This document shows positions 1-13,095 of a stretch of DNA of 64,000 bases, piece after piece. Both the position numbers and the translations under genes were made by a program. The number at the start of each line of letters is the position of its first letter. The first letter of the stretch is position 1. The DNA lies in NCBI RefSeq assembly GCF_006345805.1, contig NC_043009.1:69130001-69194000 (forward strand), given 5' to 3'. The DNA comes from Octopus sinensis (Eukaryota). Below the pieces are notes generated by a model that did not search any database, had not been told where the DNA came from, and was given only the letters and a program-made list of their open reading frames with translations.

Positions 1-84
1 ACCCTGGGTACCTTATGCAAAGCTTTCTCTTCTATTCCGTTGAAATAATGATTCTACTTCGTGTGTGCAATGTCTTATAATACA

Positions 85-545
85 GGAATTAACCTAATAC
101 TTGCTGTCTATGGTTGTTCATTTAATCCCTGCTGGATTATCCCTTGATAATCTCACACCTGCTGCTTATGCCATCATTTACATTCGTTAACCTAACTCTT
201 GCTTCTTATAGCTATTAATTTAACACTTGCTGTATATGGCTGTTAGGACTGCCATTTATGGTTGTTAACTTAACAATTACTCTATATAATTGTTTACCTA
301 ATACCCATCTTTTTATGGCTATTAACACCTACTGTTTATGGTTGTTAACACCTGTTGTTTATACCTGTCAATCTAACAACTGCTGTTTATAGTTGCTAAC
401 TTAATACCTGCTGTTTATGGCTGTTAAACTAACACCTGTTTATAACCATTAACATTATGCCTGTTGTTTTTAGATGTTAACTTAATACCTTTTTTCCCCT
501 TTTCCCTTGATAACTCCACGCTTGCAGTTTATTGCTGTTAACAAC
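85..545. repeat. Degenerate minisatellite (unit like TAACACCTGCTGTTTATGGTTGT)
   Basis: Repeated imperfect copies of acacctgctgtttat..gttgt/taac. Confidence 0.7.
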
Positions 546-679
546 TGCTGTCTTTCGATATTCTTCTAGTTTCTTTGGCTGTTACCAAAAATTGCATCTG
601 CAAATTTTCAAAATATAAGTATCTGTTGCCACCTCTTTCTGACATTTTTTTCTTTCTATATTTAAGAGATGAGGAATTA

Positions 680-1035
680 TGTACATTATTTACATTTGAT
701 GGATATTTGTCCTCATCTTGTTTGTTGTTAGCCCAACGTTTCAGCTGATATACCCTCCAGCCTTCATCAGGTATCTTGAGGAAATTTCGAACTTGGGTTC
801 TCATTCCTAAGGTATGGCGTAGTGGTTATGAGCACGGGCTACTAACCCCAAGATTCCGAATTCGATTCCAGGCAGTGACCTGAACAATAACAACAACAAC
901 AATATCGAAAAATACCTTAGGAATGAGAACCCAGGTTCCAAGACACCTGATGAAGGCTGGAGGGTATATCAGCCGAAATGTTGTGTTAACAACAAACAAG
1001 ATGAGGACAAATATCCATCAAATGTAAATAATGTA
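680..1035. mobile_element. Inverted pair of Penelope-like terminal repeats around a tRNA-like SINE head; each arm carries a hammerhead core
   Basis: About 680-814 is the reverse complement of about 911-1035 (with a small indel). The centre has A/B-box-like ggcgtagtggtt...ttcgattcc. CTGATGA..GAAA cores lie at 941-987 (+) and 730-775 (-). Confidence 0.6.
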
Positions 1036-1189
1036 TCTTTTTCTATTGAGTTCTTTTTTTTTTTTTTTTGCTTTCCTTCAGCATATCACAATCTCCAAAT
1101 ATTTACACACCAAAATTGTCCATTGTCACTTTGGTCACCAAGCTGCAAAAGTCCATTGTAGCTTATGCAATATATTATTATTATTATTA

Positions 1190-1850
1190 TTAAGGATATG
1201 TGCTGGCAGAATTGTTGTACACTGGATAAAAAGCCTACCAGCATTTCATTTGTCTCTATGTTCTATGTTCAAATACCACTGAGGTCAGCTTTGCCTTTCA
1301 TCCTTTCAATCAAGTACTGGGGTCAATGATATTGACTTACCACTTACCCTAAAATTGCTGGCCTTGTGCCAAAATTTGAAACCATTATTGTTATTATTAA
1401 GGCGGTGAGCTGGCAGAATTGTTAGCACACCAGGCAAAATGCATTGTGACATTTCATCCGACTTTGTGTTCAGAGTTCAAATTCTGCCGAGTTTGACTTG
1501 GTTTTTCATCCTTTCGCAGTCAATGGAACAAGTACCAGCTTCATACTGGGGTTGATGTAATTGTCTACCCCCTCTCCCAAAATTTCAGGCCTTGTGCCTG
1601 TAGCTGAAAGGCTTGTTATTATTAATATTAAGCAAGCTGGCAGAAGCATTAGCATGCTGGACAAAATGCTTAGTGGTATTTCACCTGTCGCTATGTTCTG
1701 AGTTCAAATTCCACCTAGGTCAACTTTACCTTTCATCCTTTCTGGGTTGATAAATTAAGCACCAATGAAACACTGGGGGTTGATGTTATCAGCTATTCCC
1801 CTCCCCACGCATCTCAGGCCTTGTGCCTATAGTAGAAAAAATTACTACTA
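1190..1850 (+). mobile_element. Three tandem tRNA-derived SINEs (family B: gagctggcagaatcgttagc...gagttcaaattcc...ccttgtgcc, TAT-rich tail)
   Basis: Three consecutive diverged copies of a ~200-bp unit found many times in this window. Confidence 0.8.
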
Positions 1851-2869
1851 CTACCATTATTAGCGGTACCATTATGCTGAGGGCTGAGTCCTTCTGGATT
1901 CAACTGTACCACATTCCTGTCAGCGATGTTTGTCAAATTCCCCTCTTGGCCTTCCCTCAACCCATTAATAAAGTTTCATTTTGTAATTAATTAAACCAAT
2001 AGATTCTTTGTATTGCATAAATCTGTCAGCTGTCCTGCATTTGGTGAAGAGTCGGCCACTTTGTATTAATGGGCTTTTTTCAGTTTGGCCTTTTCCGGAT
2101 TTTTTTTTTTTTCTTCTTTTGCTAGAATTAGATATTACAAGTGAGAGTTTTTAACAGATTCTTCATACTTAAAACACAAAACCAAAATCCTGCAAATATT
2201 CACTCAAAAAAAAAAGAAAAGAAAAGAAAAATGAACAAAACAAGCAGAACATCTCCAAAGAACATTACTGGATATTTGTAATATTTAAAATATAAAATAA
2301 TTTCAAAGATGGTGGTCTCTTTTTTTCCTTTATTTATGATTTATTTATCATCATTATTAATATTATTATTATTATTATTATTATTATTTTTGTTATGTTA
2401 TACTTTGGAATAAAATTTCAATTTTTTTAATTCACAGAAAAATTTATTTATTTTTATTTTTCCTTCTGTTTTCGTTATATTTATCTCTGTTATGTTGTAA
2501 CGTCTTTCAGTTTTTTTTTTATAGTTTCTGAGAATTTTTCAATAATTTTTATTTAATAAATTTAAGTTTACTACTTTTCCTTATAAATGGCAAAAACTGT
2601 ACATAGTCACTCAGTCAGGTAGAAATAGCAGCCAAATCTCTCTCAGATTACACTCCATGGTTTTTATAAAACAGAAAATAACAAACATTGGATAAATTAA
2701 TTTTTGATAAATTATGACTGAATAAAAGAATGGATGGTCATGGTTGGAGCATCTTTCTTCAGAGGTTTGTTCAGTCAGGTCTGATCTGGAACTAAACAAT
2801 TATGATCGCTATGGATACTCGTTTATAAAAGGCATATGAATACATATCGATGCATGTACACACATACGA

Positions 2870-3050
2870 CTGTGGTGGTGCCAGGTAGATATGGCACCCA
2901 ATATACACTCTGTGAAGTGGTTGACGTTAGGAAGAAGGGCATCCAGCCATAGAAACCCTGCCAAAGCACAATGCCGACCTGCAGGATCCTGTCAAACCAC
3001 CCAATCCATGCCAACATGGAACATGGATGTTGATGATGATAATGATACTT
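2870..3050 (+). mobile_element. RTE-type 3' tail fragment ending in (GAT)n
   Basis: aggaagggcatccagc...ccatgccaacatgg...gatgatgat matches the 3' end of the RTE at 30690-32730. Confidence 0.7.
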
Positions 3051-3072
3051 GCATAACACAGTAGCTCACACA

Positions 3073-3103
<31 letters not shown>

Positions 3104-4464
3104 CACATCCATGCTAATACATACTGATACATATCATGCAAGCTCATGCTTAAACAAACCTCTCTCTCTCTTTCTCTCTTGTTTACTGACCTACATGCAC
3201 ATACTGAGGAAATTATCCGATAAACAGGGGGGGCCATTCTCTCCACTCTCCTCCATCTTGCAGTAAATTTATGAACCAACAGCACCTACCGCTCTGTTTC
3301 TCTCCAAATGGAACAATAAAGACTATTCCACTGCCTAAAAAATAATAATAATAATAATAATAGTAATTTTTACTTATAATTAAGATAAGATAAAACTATC
3401 CTTTTTGTCTTCTTCACCTCATTATCATCATCATCATCATCATTATTATTATTGCAATCATTATCCAAACTTAGGAAAGATTAACAAAGCGGACATGCAA
3501 TTTAGACTATTTCACTAATTATGCCAAAGATTATAAGAGGAGAACTGTCCTTCACATTCTTTTGAAATTTGTCTTTTTTTTTTTAATAATTTATTGAGAA
3601 ACAAGTTTTGAAAGAATGAAATTGTAATGTTTTTAAAGAAAATTAATTGAATATTTTACCTTTCATCTCCAATTGTCATCAAGTATCTTAATAATGTGTA
3701 CAGGTGGATCAATTTCATTTCGATCATCAGGTATCTTATTTCTGGATGTGCACTAGTGGACTACTTTCATTTCCAATTGTCATCAGGTGTCTTATTCCTC
3801 GATGTAGGTGAAATGGCAAATTTGGTAGGGCAAAATATCTTTGTGGTGTTTGGGTAACTTACTATATATTCTAAAGTGAAATTCCTGCCAACTCAACTTT
3901 TCCGATCTTCCTCCTAAAATTCAAAATAAATTGAATACCAAACAAAGTATTGTAGTTGATATAATTGACTAAACCCTGGAGGGCAGTACTCCAGCATGGA
4001 CACAATCCTTTGACTGAAACCAGTAAAAGAATAAAAGAAAGTACCAGCCTGGAATCTACCTGGAAACCATTATTTCTGAACTAAGAATAATAAAATTCTT
4101 AACTTTGTGGCCAATGGGGCATAAATCATTTTTGAATCTTGTATTTTAATCAATGATGTAAGTAATTAACAAAAATGATAATGTTCCTAACACCACAGAT
4201 ACGTTGATGCTCGTTAGTCAAGTGCTTTCTTAATTTAAGTGGTTGATGTAACCAAAACAATAAAGTGTTTGGATCCACTGAATATATTTGCCACCAAAGT
4301 TTTGTCTTTCTTTGTTCTGAGCTGAGATTTCAATGGAACTTGACTTTCGACACCAATAACACCACCACACCTGAGATCAATAGAAGAAATACCAGTAATA
4401 TATTGACCCTTCTCTGCAAAAGATTTGTGTGTGAGGAACTGATATTTAGTTTTTTTCTTTGTAG

Positions 4465-7400
4465 CAAGTGCCATAGTGTAAATAGGTAATTAAGCTCTTT
4501 AGCTGCTAAGATAATGATGTGATTTCAATTCCCAGTCAAGACCATTTTATTCCACTTTCTGCTGCTGATGTTTTCCCGAGAAAGGTTTGAGCATCACAGT
4601 ATCCTAATGACTCTGCCTCCTAAAAATATGGGGTCTTTTATGGATCCTCATCAGTAAAATCAATATCTTTTATCATTAATTTCAGTTCTGAGTTCACTTA
4701 CTACTGAGGGCACTAACCCTGCCATTTCCTCCTGGGTCACTGAATTAAATATCTGTTACTATAGTTACTTCAGTCATCTTTATTCTGTTCTCATAAAATT
4801 GTTTTCTATACGTCTACAGGAATAAATCAATGGCTTTCTTTTTATAAGGAATTCTTAAATATTTTTGAGCTCAAAGCCAAGATCAGATAAAGCCACAGAA
4901 ATGGTAAGTTCTTATATATTTCTTAAGTTCTGATATTTTGCAAAATAAGAGAAGAAAACTCACCCATAAAGGTGTTGTTGTATAAAATGTCTTGAACTCT
5001 TTGAACCCGCAAGTACACTTTAGTTGGCCTGACTTCCTTTGATTATACCCTGGGTAGATACATGGTTTTGTGTTTATGGCTGAAAATAAAAATGTTTCTG
5101 CCAATTAGCAAACAAACCATGTTTCTGCCTGCTTTTGTATTTTCCAGGGGTGTAGAAATCAGGACTGTTAAACCAGCCTCACTAGTTCAAAAGGTTAATA
5201 AAATACCTGAATCTCAGATGAGCCAAGAAAGTCTGTCCATTGAGGACTCTTTGGTCATTCTAATCATTGCCTCAAAGTTTAACAAAGATTTTCGGAAATA
5301 TTTGAGTGATAAGTTGAAATGAACCGGTTTAGTAAATAAGGTGTTGGACTGGCAGGGGTTTGGTACTGAGTTCAAACCAACTGCAGACACACTGTTGTGT
5401 GTGTTTGGGTAAGAAACTTTATTCTGTCTGTATTGGTCCAATTATTGGGAATAGGTACCAGATCTTCTAGGATCGTTCGTTATGACGTAATAATGTGCTG
5501 CCGTCCTAGGAGAGGTTTGTCTTTCATATGTTTAATGTTACAGAATTAAGTATGGAAGAATGTGGTTAAAGAAAGATTAACTGCAATTGTATTGTGTAGG
5601 AAAAAAAAGAAAAAATAAGAAACTGTGATGTACGATCCAAGAGTGTTTAAATCCTAAATTTGGAGAGAAGCAAACCAGTATTCAAGAATGCATTTTTGTT
5701 TGTATTTGTGTGTATTCTGTTTTGTATGTGATGTAAAGGAAAAAAATTCTCACCAGGAATTGAATATTTGGCTTTCAGAGTTTACCATTATTGCACAAAA
5801 GCTCTCCATCATGAAACAAATTCAAAGAAATGACTGTTAGCAAGTTGTGACATGCTTCCCATTCCCAGTCTGCTATGAAATTGGAAGAATGTTAGATGCA
5901 GTATTAAATATGTTAATAAATGAGGATGATAGAATTTTTTTTTTAAACCTGAATTTTATTAAAAATAAATCAAATAATTACAAGTCTTCTGTGTACAAAG
6001 TTTGACCCCCCAGGTTCAATTTCTAGTTGAAATGCATTCACTTTCAGAATGCTTGTGATTGGTTGGGAGAACATCTCAAGTTTCTTTCAGTTTTTCTCTT
6101 CTCTTGTATGCTTTAGGTTTTAGGATTTCCTAAATGTTGAGCTACTTAAGAAATCTTTCTATCTACAAGGTTTATGATGTGGCAGAGGTGGTGGGGTGCA
6201 TCAGTGGACATTTGAATGACTTTATTTAAAGTTAGTTTTACAACTCTACATCTGTTTCAAATATGCCAGGTTTCAAACTAACTTTTCATGACCCCCACCC
6301 AAAAAAAAATAGGTAACAGACATATTCTGGAATCCCTTTCACTCCCTATACCCCTTTCCAGCCCTCCTATAAATAAACTTTTGTTCATGCAAGAAACGAT
6401 TATGATTAAATTTTTTGAAATGAAAATTCAGAATGAAATCATTTAAATGCCATTCTTCATAAATTTTATTTTTTAAATTCCCCCTCCCCTCACATGGATA
6501 CCTAAAAGTGTAAGATGAAAACAAACAAACAAATTGAAATAAGCAAATAAAATTAGAGAAAGGCATCAAAATATATTGTTTCAGCCTAATTAATGTCTTA
6601 AGTAAATCCTAACTTTGGAGAAAAGCAAACCAGTATTTAAGTATGTATTTTAGTTTATGTGTATTGTTTTCCTTGACTGGGTAAATTGGAATTATAACAA
6701 TCTTAAGAACTAATTCTTTTATTATTAAGGTTCATTTTAAGGTGGTGAGCTGGCAGAATCATTAGCATCCCAGGCAAAATGCTTGGCAGCATTTCGTTTA
6801 TCCTTATGTTCTGAGTTCAAATTTCACTGAGGTCGACTTTGCCTTTCATCCTTTCAGGGTCGATAAAATAAGTACCAGTTGCATACTGGGGTTAATGCAA
6901 TCACCTTTGACTTACCCCTTCCTCTGAAATCGCTGGCTTTGTGCCATTTGAAGCCATTATTGAAGGTTATTTAGAGGTTATTGTTACAACTGATTTTGTG
7001 AAAAAAAAGCAGATGCCTTTAGATGATGTCCAGAAAATCTGCCATAAGCATTTTTGCTGTGGGAAAATTTGCCAAGGATGCACACGAGCAGACTATAAAC
7101 TAGATAACTCATTTGAAAGCAATTACCTTTCTCTAATTGACAGGTTAGTTGATGAAGTTGACATTTTAAGAAAGCAGGTATTTTTTTTTTCTTACAGCAA
7201 ATTATCCTAAAGCAAGAATGTTTACTGCAAAATTTCTTCTGACCCCTTTGTGTGGGCAGCTGTAAAACTTTCTGATTCTGTTTTTTGGTGAAGAAGCAAA
7301 AAACCAAAAAATTTGTTTTTACACAATCTACACAGAATGTTCTAAAGGATTTTCAATTTGTGAAAAGGGGAACACAAATTCTGTCTCTTTTGCTGACTTA

Positions 7401-7667
7401 GATTTTCTCCACAAAGAGAATGCAGTGACTTGCAGCACATAAAACAAACAGTTTGGTAGAATTTAATGGAATTAAAATAATCTCTCATTATGTCTAATCA
7501 GAGTAGAAGAAACTAAACTATTCCACAATATTAGACTATGGTGCACCAGTATGGCCATAACCATGTTGTAGAATTTGACTAAAAGAACTTGGAAAATTGG
7601 TCTGTTGATTTTTTTTCAGAATCTTATTCCACTTTATATGGCTACAGATCAAACTAGAACCAACTAA
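4465..7667 (+). other. Candidate spliced transcript, unidentified. Exons 4465-4485, 5148-5408, 7144-7177, 7620-7667; one in-frame TGA at 5320-5322
   Basis: Strong acceptors and donors with compatible phases (2,2,0). Reads KCHSVNR/GVEIRTVKPASLVQKVNKIPESQMSQESLSIEDSLVILIIASKFNKDFRKYLSDKLK*TGLVNKVLDWQGFGTEFKPTADTLLCVFG/LVDEVDILRKQ/NLIPLYMATDQTRTN*. It is followed by ~2.7 kb of repeat-poor AT-rich sequence with AATAAA (e.g. 10358). No family recognised. Confidence 0.35.
6740..6955 (+). mobile_element. SINE family B copy
   Basis: Same head and body as the copies at 1190-1850. Confidence 0.8.
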
Positions 7668-7971
7668 CCATTCCACAAACTTGGTAACAAACAGGGTGGC
7701 CATAGCCATGTGGTAGGCACTGACTAAAGTGTCAGAGAACTTCATCTCTCACTGATTTTCAAAATTCATTGTAGTTTGATAAGCTTAGGAAGGAGCTTTA
7801 CCATTATATTTGCATAACCTTTAACTCACAGCAATCTCTTGACAATCATCTTGGTTTTTTGGGGGATTGATAGGATTAGTAGACCACAAGAGAAAATACC
7901 TTGGAGTATTTGCTTACCAACTTTTACATTCTGCTTAGCTTTGCTTTTTTCTTCCTTCTGGGGTCGATTTA

Positions 7972-8035
7972 GTGGTGGGGGTGGGGGTGGGGGTGGGGGT
8001 GGGGGGGGGGTGGGGGGGGGGTGGGGGTGGGGGTG
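7972..8035 (+). repeat. (GGGGGT)n G-tract with G-quadruplex potential
   Basis: About ten runs of four or more G. Confidence 0.85.
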
Positions 8036-10399
8036 ATATAGTGACCAAACCCTTTCGGGGTGGTGCCTCAGCATGTTTGTAGTAGTCCAGTAACTCAACT
8101 AAAAATGAAAAAAAAAAAAAATCAAAAAAAAGAATACATGCATGATCAATGAATAATTTCCTGAATTTTTCCAGAAAGTGAGGAATCAAAAATCCAAAGA
8201 ATATCAAGTAACTGGTTTCTGTTGAATGTTTGTGTGACGTGCAGTCTTTTACAAACTTTATATTTCTATAAGTCTAACTTCAAAGAAACTAAATTAGAAA
8301 ATTTATTTTACAATATTTTCCAAATGAAAATGTAGTTTATATCTTTCTTTTTTGATATCTTCGTGAATGTCTGGGATTTAAAGAATGGTAATATCTATAA
8401 TCTCAAACATTTCTCCCAGTAACTGATGTTAACTTCTATGAGACAAATTCTATTGATGTTGTCTCTTTATCAAAGAAAATGGAACCATTTTTACGAGGTA
8501 CAAAAAGAACGAGTGTTATTATTTAAAATTCTGTTCAAAAAAATTTTTAATGAAAAAAACAAACTTCTGAATCTCAAAACATGAAGAAAAATATGGATGT
8601 ATTCTTAAAGAGATTGTCCTTTTTGTCTTTATTGCACAAAAACTGTTAGGCTGATGGATCGTTGTGATCCCTTTGTAAGGGTCAATCTATGAATTCTGTA
8701 AAGGAGAATCTCTTTGAATGTATTCCTTCTGATGACATCTCTAATACTAATCTTAAGATATGTCATACCTTGTGATGATCTTTCTTTTCCATTTCTTTCT
8801 TAATAGTACAGTCTCTAATGAAATGTTAAAAAGTTTCATTGCACTTCTACAACCTGGTATTTGTGTCAGAGACGAAACGGTTTGACACTTCATAATAGAC
8901 AGTACTATTAAGAAATAAATGAAAAGCAAATATAACAGTTTTATTTTTTTGTGTGTTCTTAAATGGCCAAAATGACTCCTCCATGATATAAAGATTTCAG
9001 TTTCAACCCATGGTCTCAGATCAAGTCACTTGCCAAATAAGTACAACTTTAAAAAATCATAATTTGTGATCTTCACAAACTTTATTGCATTTGCTTTCGC
9101 TATTTTCTGCATCTTCATGTTAAGATAATGATGAAAGAACATATATATATTCTTTGGTTAAGAATGATATTTTTTATTTTATATTCCTTTCATTAAAGCA
9201 TCGTTAAATTAGAACTTTTATTTGTCCAAAATCTATGATTGCTTTTCTAGTGAGTTTTGTTGTTCAAAAAGCAGATATTTGTCTGCAACATTTATCTTTA
9301 TTTATTTTTCCTCGTAGATTGCATCAATCTGCATATTTTCTTGCATTTCCCATTATTTAATTATTTCTAATGTTTCTCAAACAATCTTCTCAAAGGAGAC
9401 CAAATTACATATAAATTATGTTAAACTGTGCTCTCCCCCCCCCTACCCCACAGTAATTGAAAGTTTTTTAATGGGACTGACCCCTTCAATTATTGTTTAT
9501 CAGCTCATTATCCCATACTTATGTTATCAGTCATTTTGGTGCCGGCAACTGCGGGGTTCCAATAGAAGAATAACTTTTGTTTATTTACAATTTTTTTCTT
9601 TTTTTTTAAAGTTTTCCCTACCGATGATCTCAAATGGAAAGAAATTATTATTATTGCCAATTAAATTATAATCAGTAGAAATTAATTGGGTGTAAATAAA
9701 TTATTTCTCAATTCTTAAATTTTTTTCTGACAGTTGAACTTTATCTCTTCTTAGACTGAACAATGTTATTCCAACTTATAAAGCACAGTATTTTGGTTTC
9801 TCCCAGTCTTGGCATTACCTTGATTCTGTGTCAATTTACTGTCATCCCATACTGTTCAATTCCAACAGATATGTTCCATTATTTTCTTTGCAAGTACTAA
9901 AAGTACATAAGCCAAAGATTATTATATATAAATATATGTAAATATATATACTATATACATATATATTTTTTCTTCCTCCTTATAATATTTCCTTATACTG
10001 TTGAAATTTACCATTCTTGTTAACAAATATTTTTTAAACTTCCACAAATAGTTCTTTATACACTGATTGGAGAAGATGTTTTTTTCTTTATGTTTTTGTT
10101 TTTTTGTTCTTGTAAAGTTAATCCAATTATTTCATGGGTTTCACAAAAAATTTAACAATTCTTGAAATTGTTTCATTAGAATCTCACTGAGTCATAGAAT
10201 TTTTCTTAATTCATGTTTTGCCCTATTTTTCTTCTTTTAAGAATCATTGTTAATTCTGTGGAATTATATTTTCTATTAATTCTGAAATTCCTGTTCTCTT
10301 AGTTTATTTATTTATTTGTGACTGGAAGCTGTCGTCTTTCAAATTTGCTATTCTTTTAATAAAGTTTTAATTTAGTGCAAATTTCATTTGTGTTTTCAT

Positions 10400-10990
10400 T
10401 TTGTCATCATTGTCATCGTCATCATTTAACGCCTGTTTTCCAAGCTGGCATGGGTTGGACGGCTTGACAGGAAGTAACAAGGTTAGGGGTCACACCAGGG
10501 TCCATAGTCTGTTTTGGTTTGATTTCTATGGCTGGATTCTCTTCCTAATGCCAACCACTTTACAGAGTGGCACTGGGTGCCCTCTATGTGGCACCATCAC
10601 TAGTGCTTTTTGCATGGCCCCAACACCCACACTAACACTTTTTATGTGGCACCTTGGTTTTAGGATCTTAATTCTGTTATGGTGGATGGGTCTTCTTGAG
10701 TACAGCATCCCCTTCATAAGGCTCGGCTTTTTGAGATCAGCCTTCAATACTGTGTCCCCTGTTTTCCTTAATCTCCCTCTTCCACAACTTACCTCCTCTC
10801 TAAGGGATCATCATGCAACTGCCATCGGCCATCCACATCGCATGACCAAACCAGTGCAGCCTCTTCCTCTCTTGCCCCCTAATCATAATTCCTCTTCTCT
10901 CTCACACATGCACACTAGCATTGCACATCCTGCAGAGCTTATCAGCTTCTTTCTTCGCGTGTTCTTCGCATCCAGAGCCCACGTCTCACC
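10400..10990 (-). mobile_element. RTE LINE 3' fragment (decayed)
   Basis: Starts with the (CAT)n/tttaacg..ttcc..gcatgggttggac tail. The body resembles the RTE C-terminal region on the minus strand. Confidence 0.65.
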
Positions 10991-11039
10991 ACCATTCATT
11001 ATTTGTTTACAAAAATATTCATTCAATGGAAAACTTATC

Positions 11040-11560
11040 ATCTGTAACATAATACAGACATGGAAACACACACACACACACACACAATGGGCTTCTCTCA
11101 GTTTCCATTTACCAAATCTACTCATATGACTTTGGTCAACCTAGGGTTATAGCAGATAACACTTCCCCAAGGTGTCATACAATGGGACTGAACCTGAATC
11201 CATATGGTTAGCAATTGGACTTCTTAAACACATGGCCATGCCTGTGTGAATATCAGTGTCAGCTCCACACACAGGCAGGGTTGTGTGGTTAAGGGGTTTA
11301 CTTTCTAACCACATGGTCTCAGGTTCAATCCCTCTGTATGGCACTCTTGGCAAATTTCTTCCACAATTGCCCTAGGTTCCCCAAAACTGAGAGAGAATTG
11401 TGATAGGCAAACTGAAAGAGACTCTTCGTGTGGGTGTGTGCATGTACGTGTTTGTGTATGTATTTGCATTTGCCCTTCACAGGGGTCTTGAGCATCCACT
11501 GGTGTTGCTGTTGTCACTTCTTCTGTCAACAAATCATCCACATGGCTTTACATTTTCAAA
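11040..11560. mobile_element. Two head-to-head SINE family A fragments
   Basis: Diverged tRNA-like heads (gtgtggttaag...ggttcaatccc) in opposite orientations. Confidence 0.6.
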
Positions 11561-11822
11561 GATGTGTTAAATAAAAGATTCCTTATTTGAAAAACAGTTA
11601 AAGACTAGCAGGAGGAAGACCATCTAACTGTAACATGATACCTGAATAATATATCCATCTAACTCATGCTTACATGAAAAGGAGACATAAAAGGAACAAA
11701 CAAATAGTGGATTTCAACTTGGTTTTGAATAAACATATTTTACCTCCAATTACAGATTTTGTGAATCACAGGTTGTCATGAATACATAAATCAATATGAT
11801 GAGACCAAAACCCCACCTTCTC

Positions 11823-12038
11823 TGAGGGGGTGCTGAAAAGTTCCTAGCTTTAAGGGTCTCATGAAAGGCCTGGTTGGAGGTCCAGCCTTCTGAGTTCTTT
11901 TACAGGGATCAGAAAATCAAGGACTGCTACAACAAGTGAGTGAATCTGAGAGGGGAAGTGGTTGAATAAAATCCTAATTACCTGATCCTCCTGTATTTTC
12001 TTTTACCCCCAAAGCCAGGGTCTTTTCAGCGCCTCCTT
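11823..12038. mobile_element. Mariner-type MITE
   Basis: Imperfect terminal inverted repeats gagggggtgctgaaaagttcctagct ... agccagggtcttttcagcgcctcct. Confidence 0.55.
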
Positions 12039-12906
12039 GCAGACAGTGATGGCATTTAAATGGGGGAGGATGTGGGTGACTGGAGGACTGCAGTTGCTTC
12101 TCTTTATACTTTTTGTGTCCTCACAAAATATAGAAAATATGGAAACGGTAGTCTTTTACATATCTCAATAAAAGCGATGAAAGGGTTACCATCTGTTTGT
12201 GGTTCCAAAAGTCTCAAAACTTGGCTTGTGCTTAAAAAAGTAAGGTAGGAGTACAAAAAGTACCTGCACATCAAATTTGAAATCTAGCAACAAATGCTTC
12301 TTTGACATGAGAAGGTTAGGGTTCAACTGGAGGTTCAGGCACCCACGAGTATGGTTATATATCTATTGATTCAATGGTGTTTAATTTTGCTTATTTTTCT
12401 CCTATCTTCCACTGTTACCCCCTCAACTAACACCTTTCTCAACTCCCTCTTCCTTTCCCCTCCCACCATTCAGTGTCGTCTTCCCTGTTACAGTAACAAT
12501 AGACGATTATAGTCCTTTGTGCCCACCAGCCGGGACCATGGAAGTTCCACAGGCTTCCCTAGTATACTTAATGAGTGGATTTTCATTCCTTTGTACATTT
12601 ACCTGTGCGTTTGTAGGTGTGTCTGTTCATATGTATGTGTGTTCATACATATATATATATGTAGGTATGCATATATATATATATATATCATCATCATCAT
12701 CGTTTAACGTCCGTTTTCCATGCTAGTATGGGTTGGACGGTTCAAGGTAGCCATTTGTAAATAATGAATTTCTTTTTGTTTTCATTTTAAATCAACATAT
12801 TATTAACTTTGAATTATGGTATTTATTACGTTTTAGTGGATAATAAATTGGTTTTTAATCTTTTTAATCTTTTTCATAGCTAACTCTATTATTCTTAGGA
12901 GTTAGT

Positions 12907-13095
12907 AGATTTTTGTTTCATTAACCACAAACCCCTTCATGTAGATGGCTCTGCTCGATCTGTAGAAAAGGCATAGGTGGAAACTCTATAAGGTGTACCC
13001 AGTGTAAGCCTTATAGAGTTTCCACCTATGCCTTTTCTACAGATCGAGCAGAGCCATTTACATGAAGGGGTTTGTGGTTAATGAAACAAAAATCT
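12907..13095. repeat. Fold-back palindrome, 87-bp arms, 15-nt loop
   Basis: 12907-12993 versus 13009-13095, one mismatch seen. Confidence 0.9.

Noticed and set aside
815-880. tRNA gene
   Set aside because: Only A/B-box-like remnants are present with no complete cloverleaf; it is better explained as a SINE head. The same applies to other SINE heads.
3190-3334. Minus-strand exon candidate (GSGIVFIVPFGEK...PPLFIG*)
   Set aside because: Isolated, no recognisable homology, and the acceptor is just a TTA tract.
10401-11129. Longest ORF in the track (242 aa)
   Set aside because: It is the antisense of a decayed RTE fragment running into a SINE.
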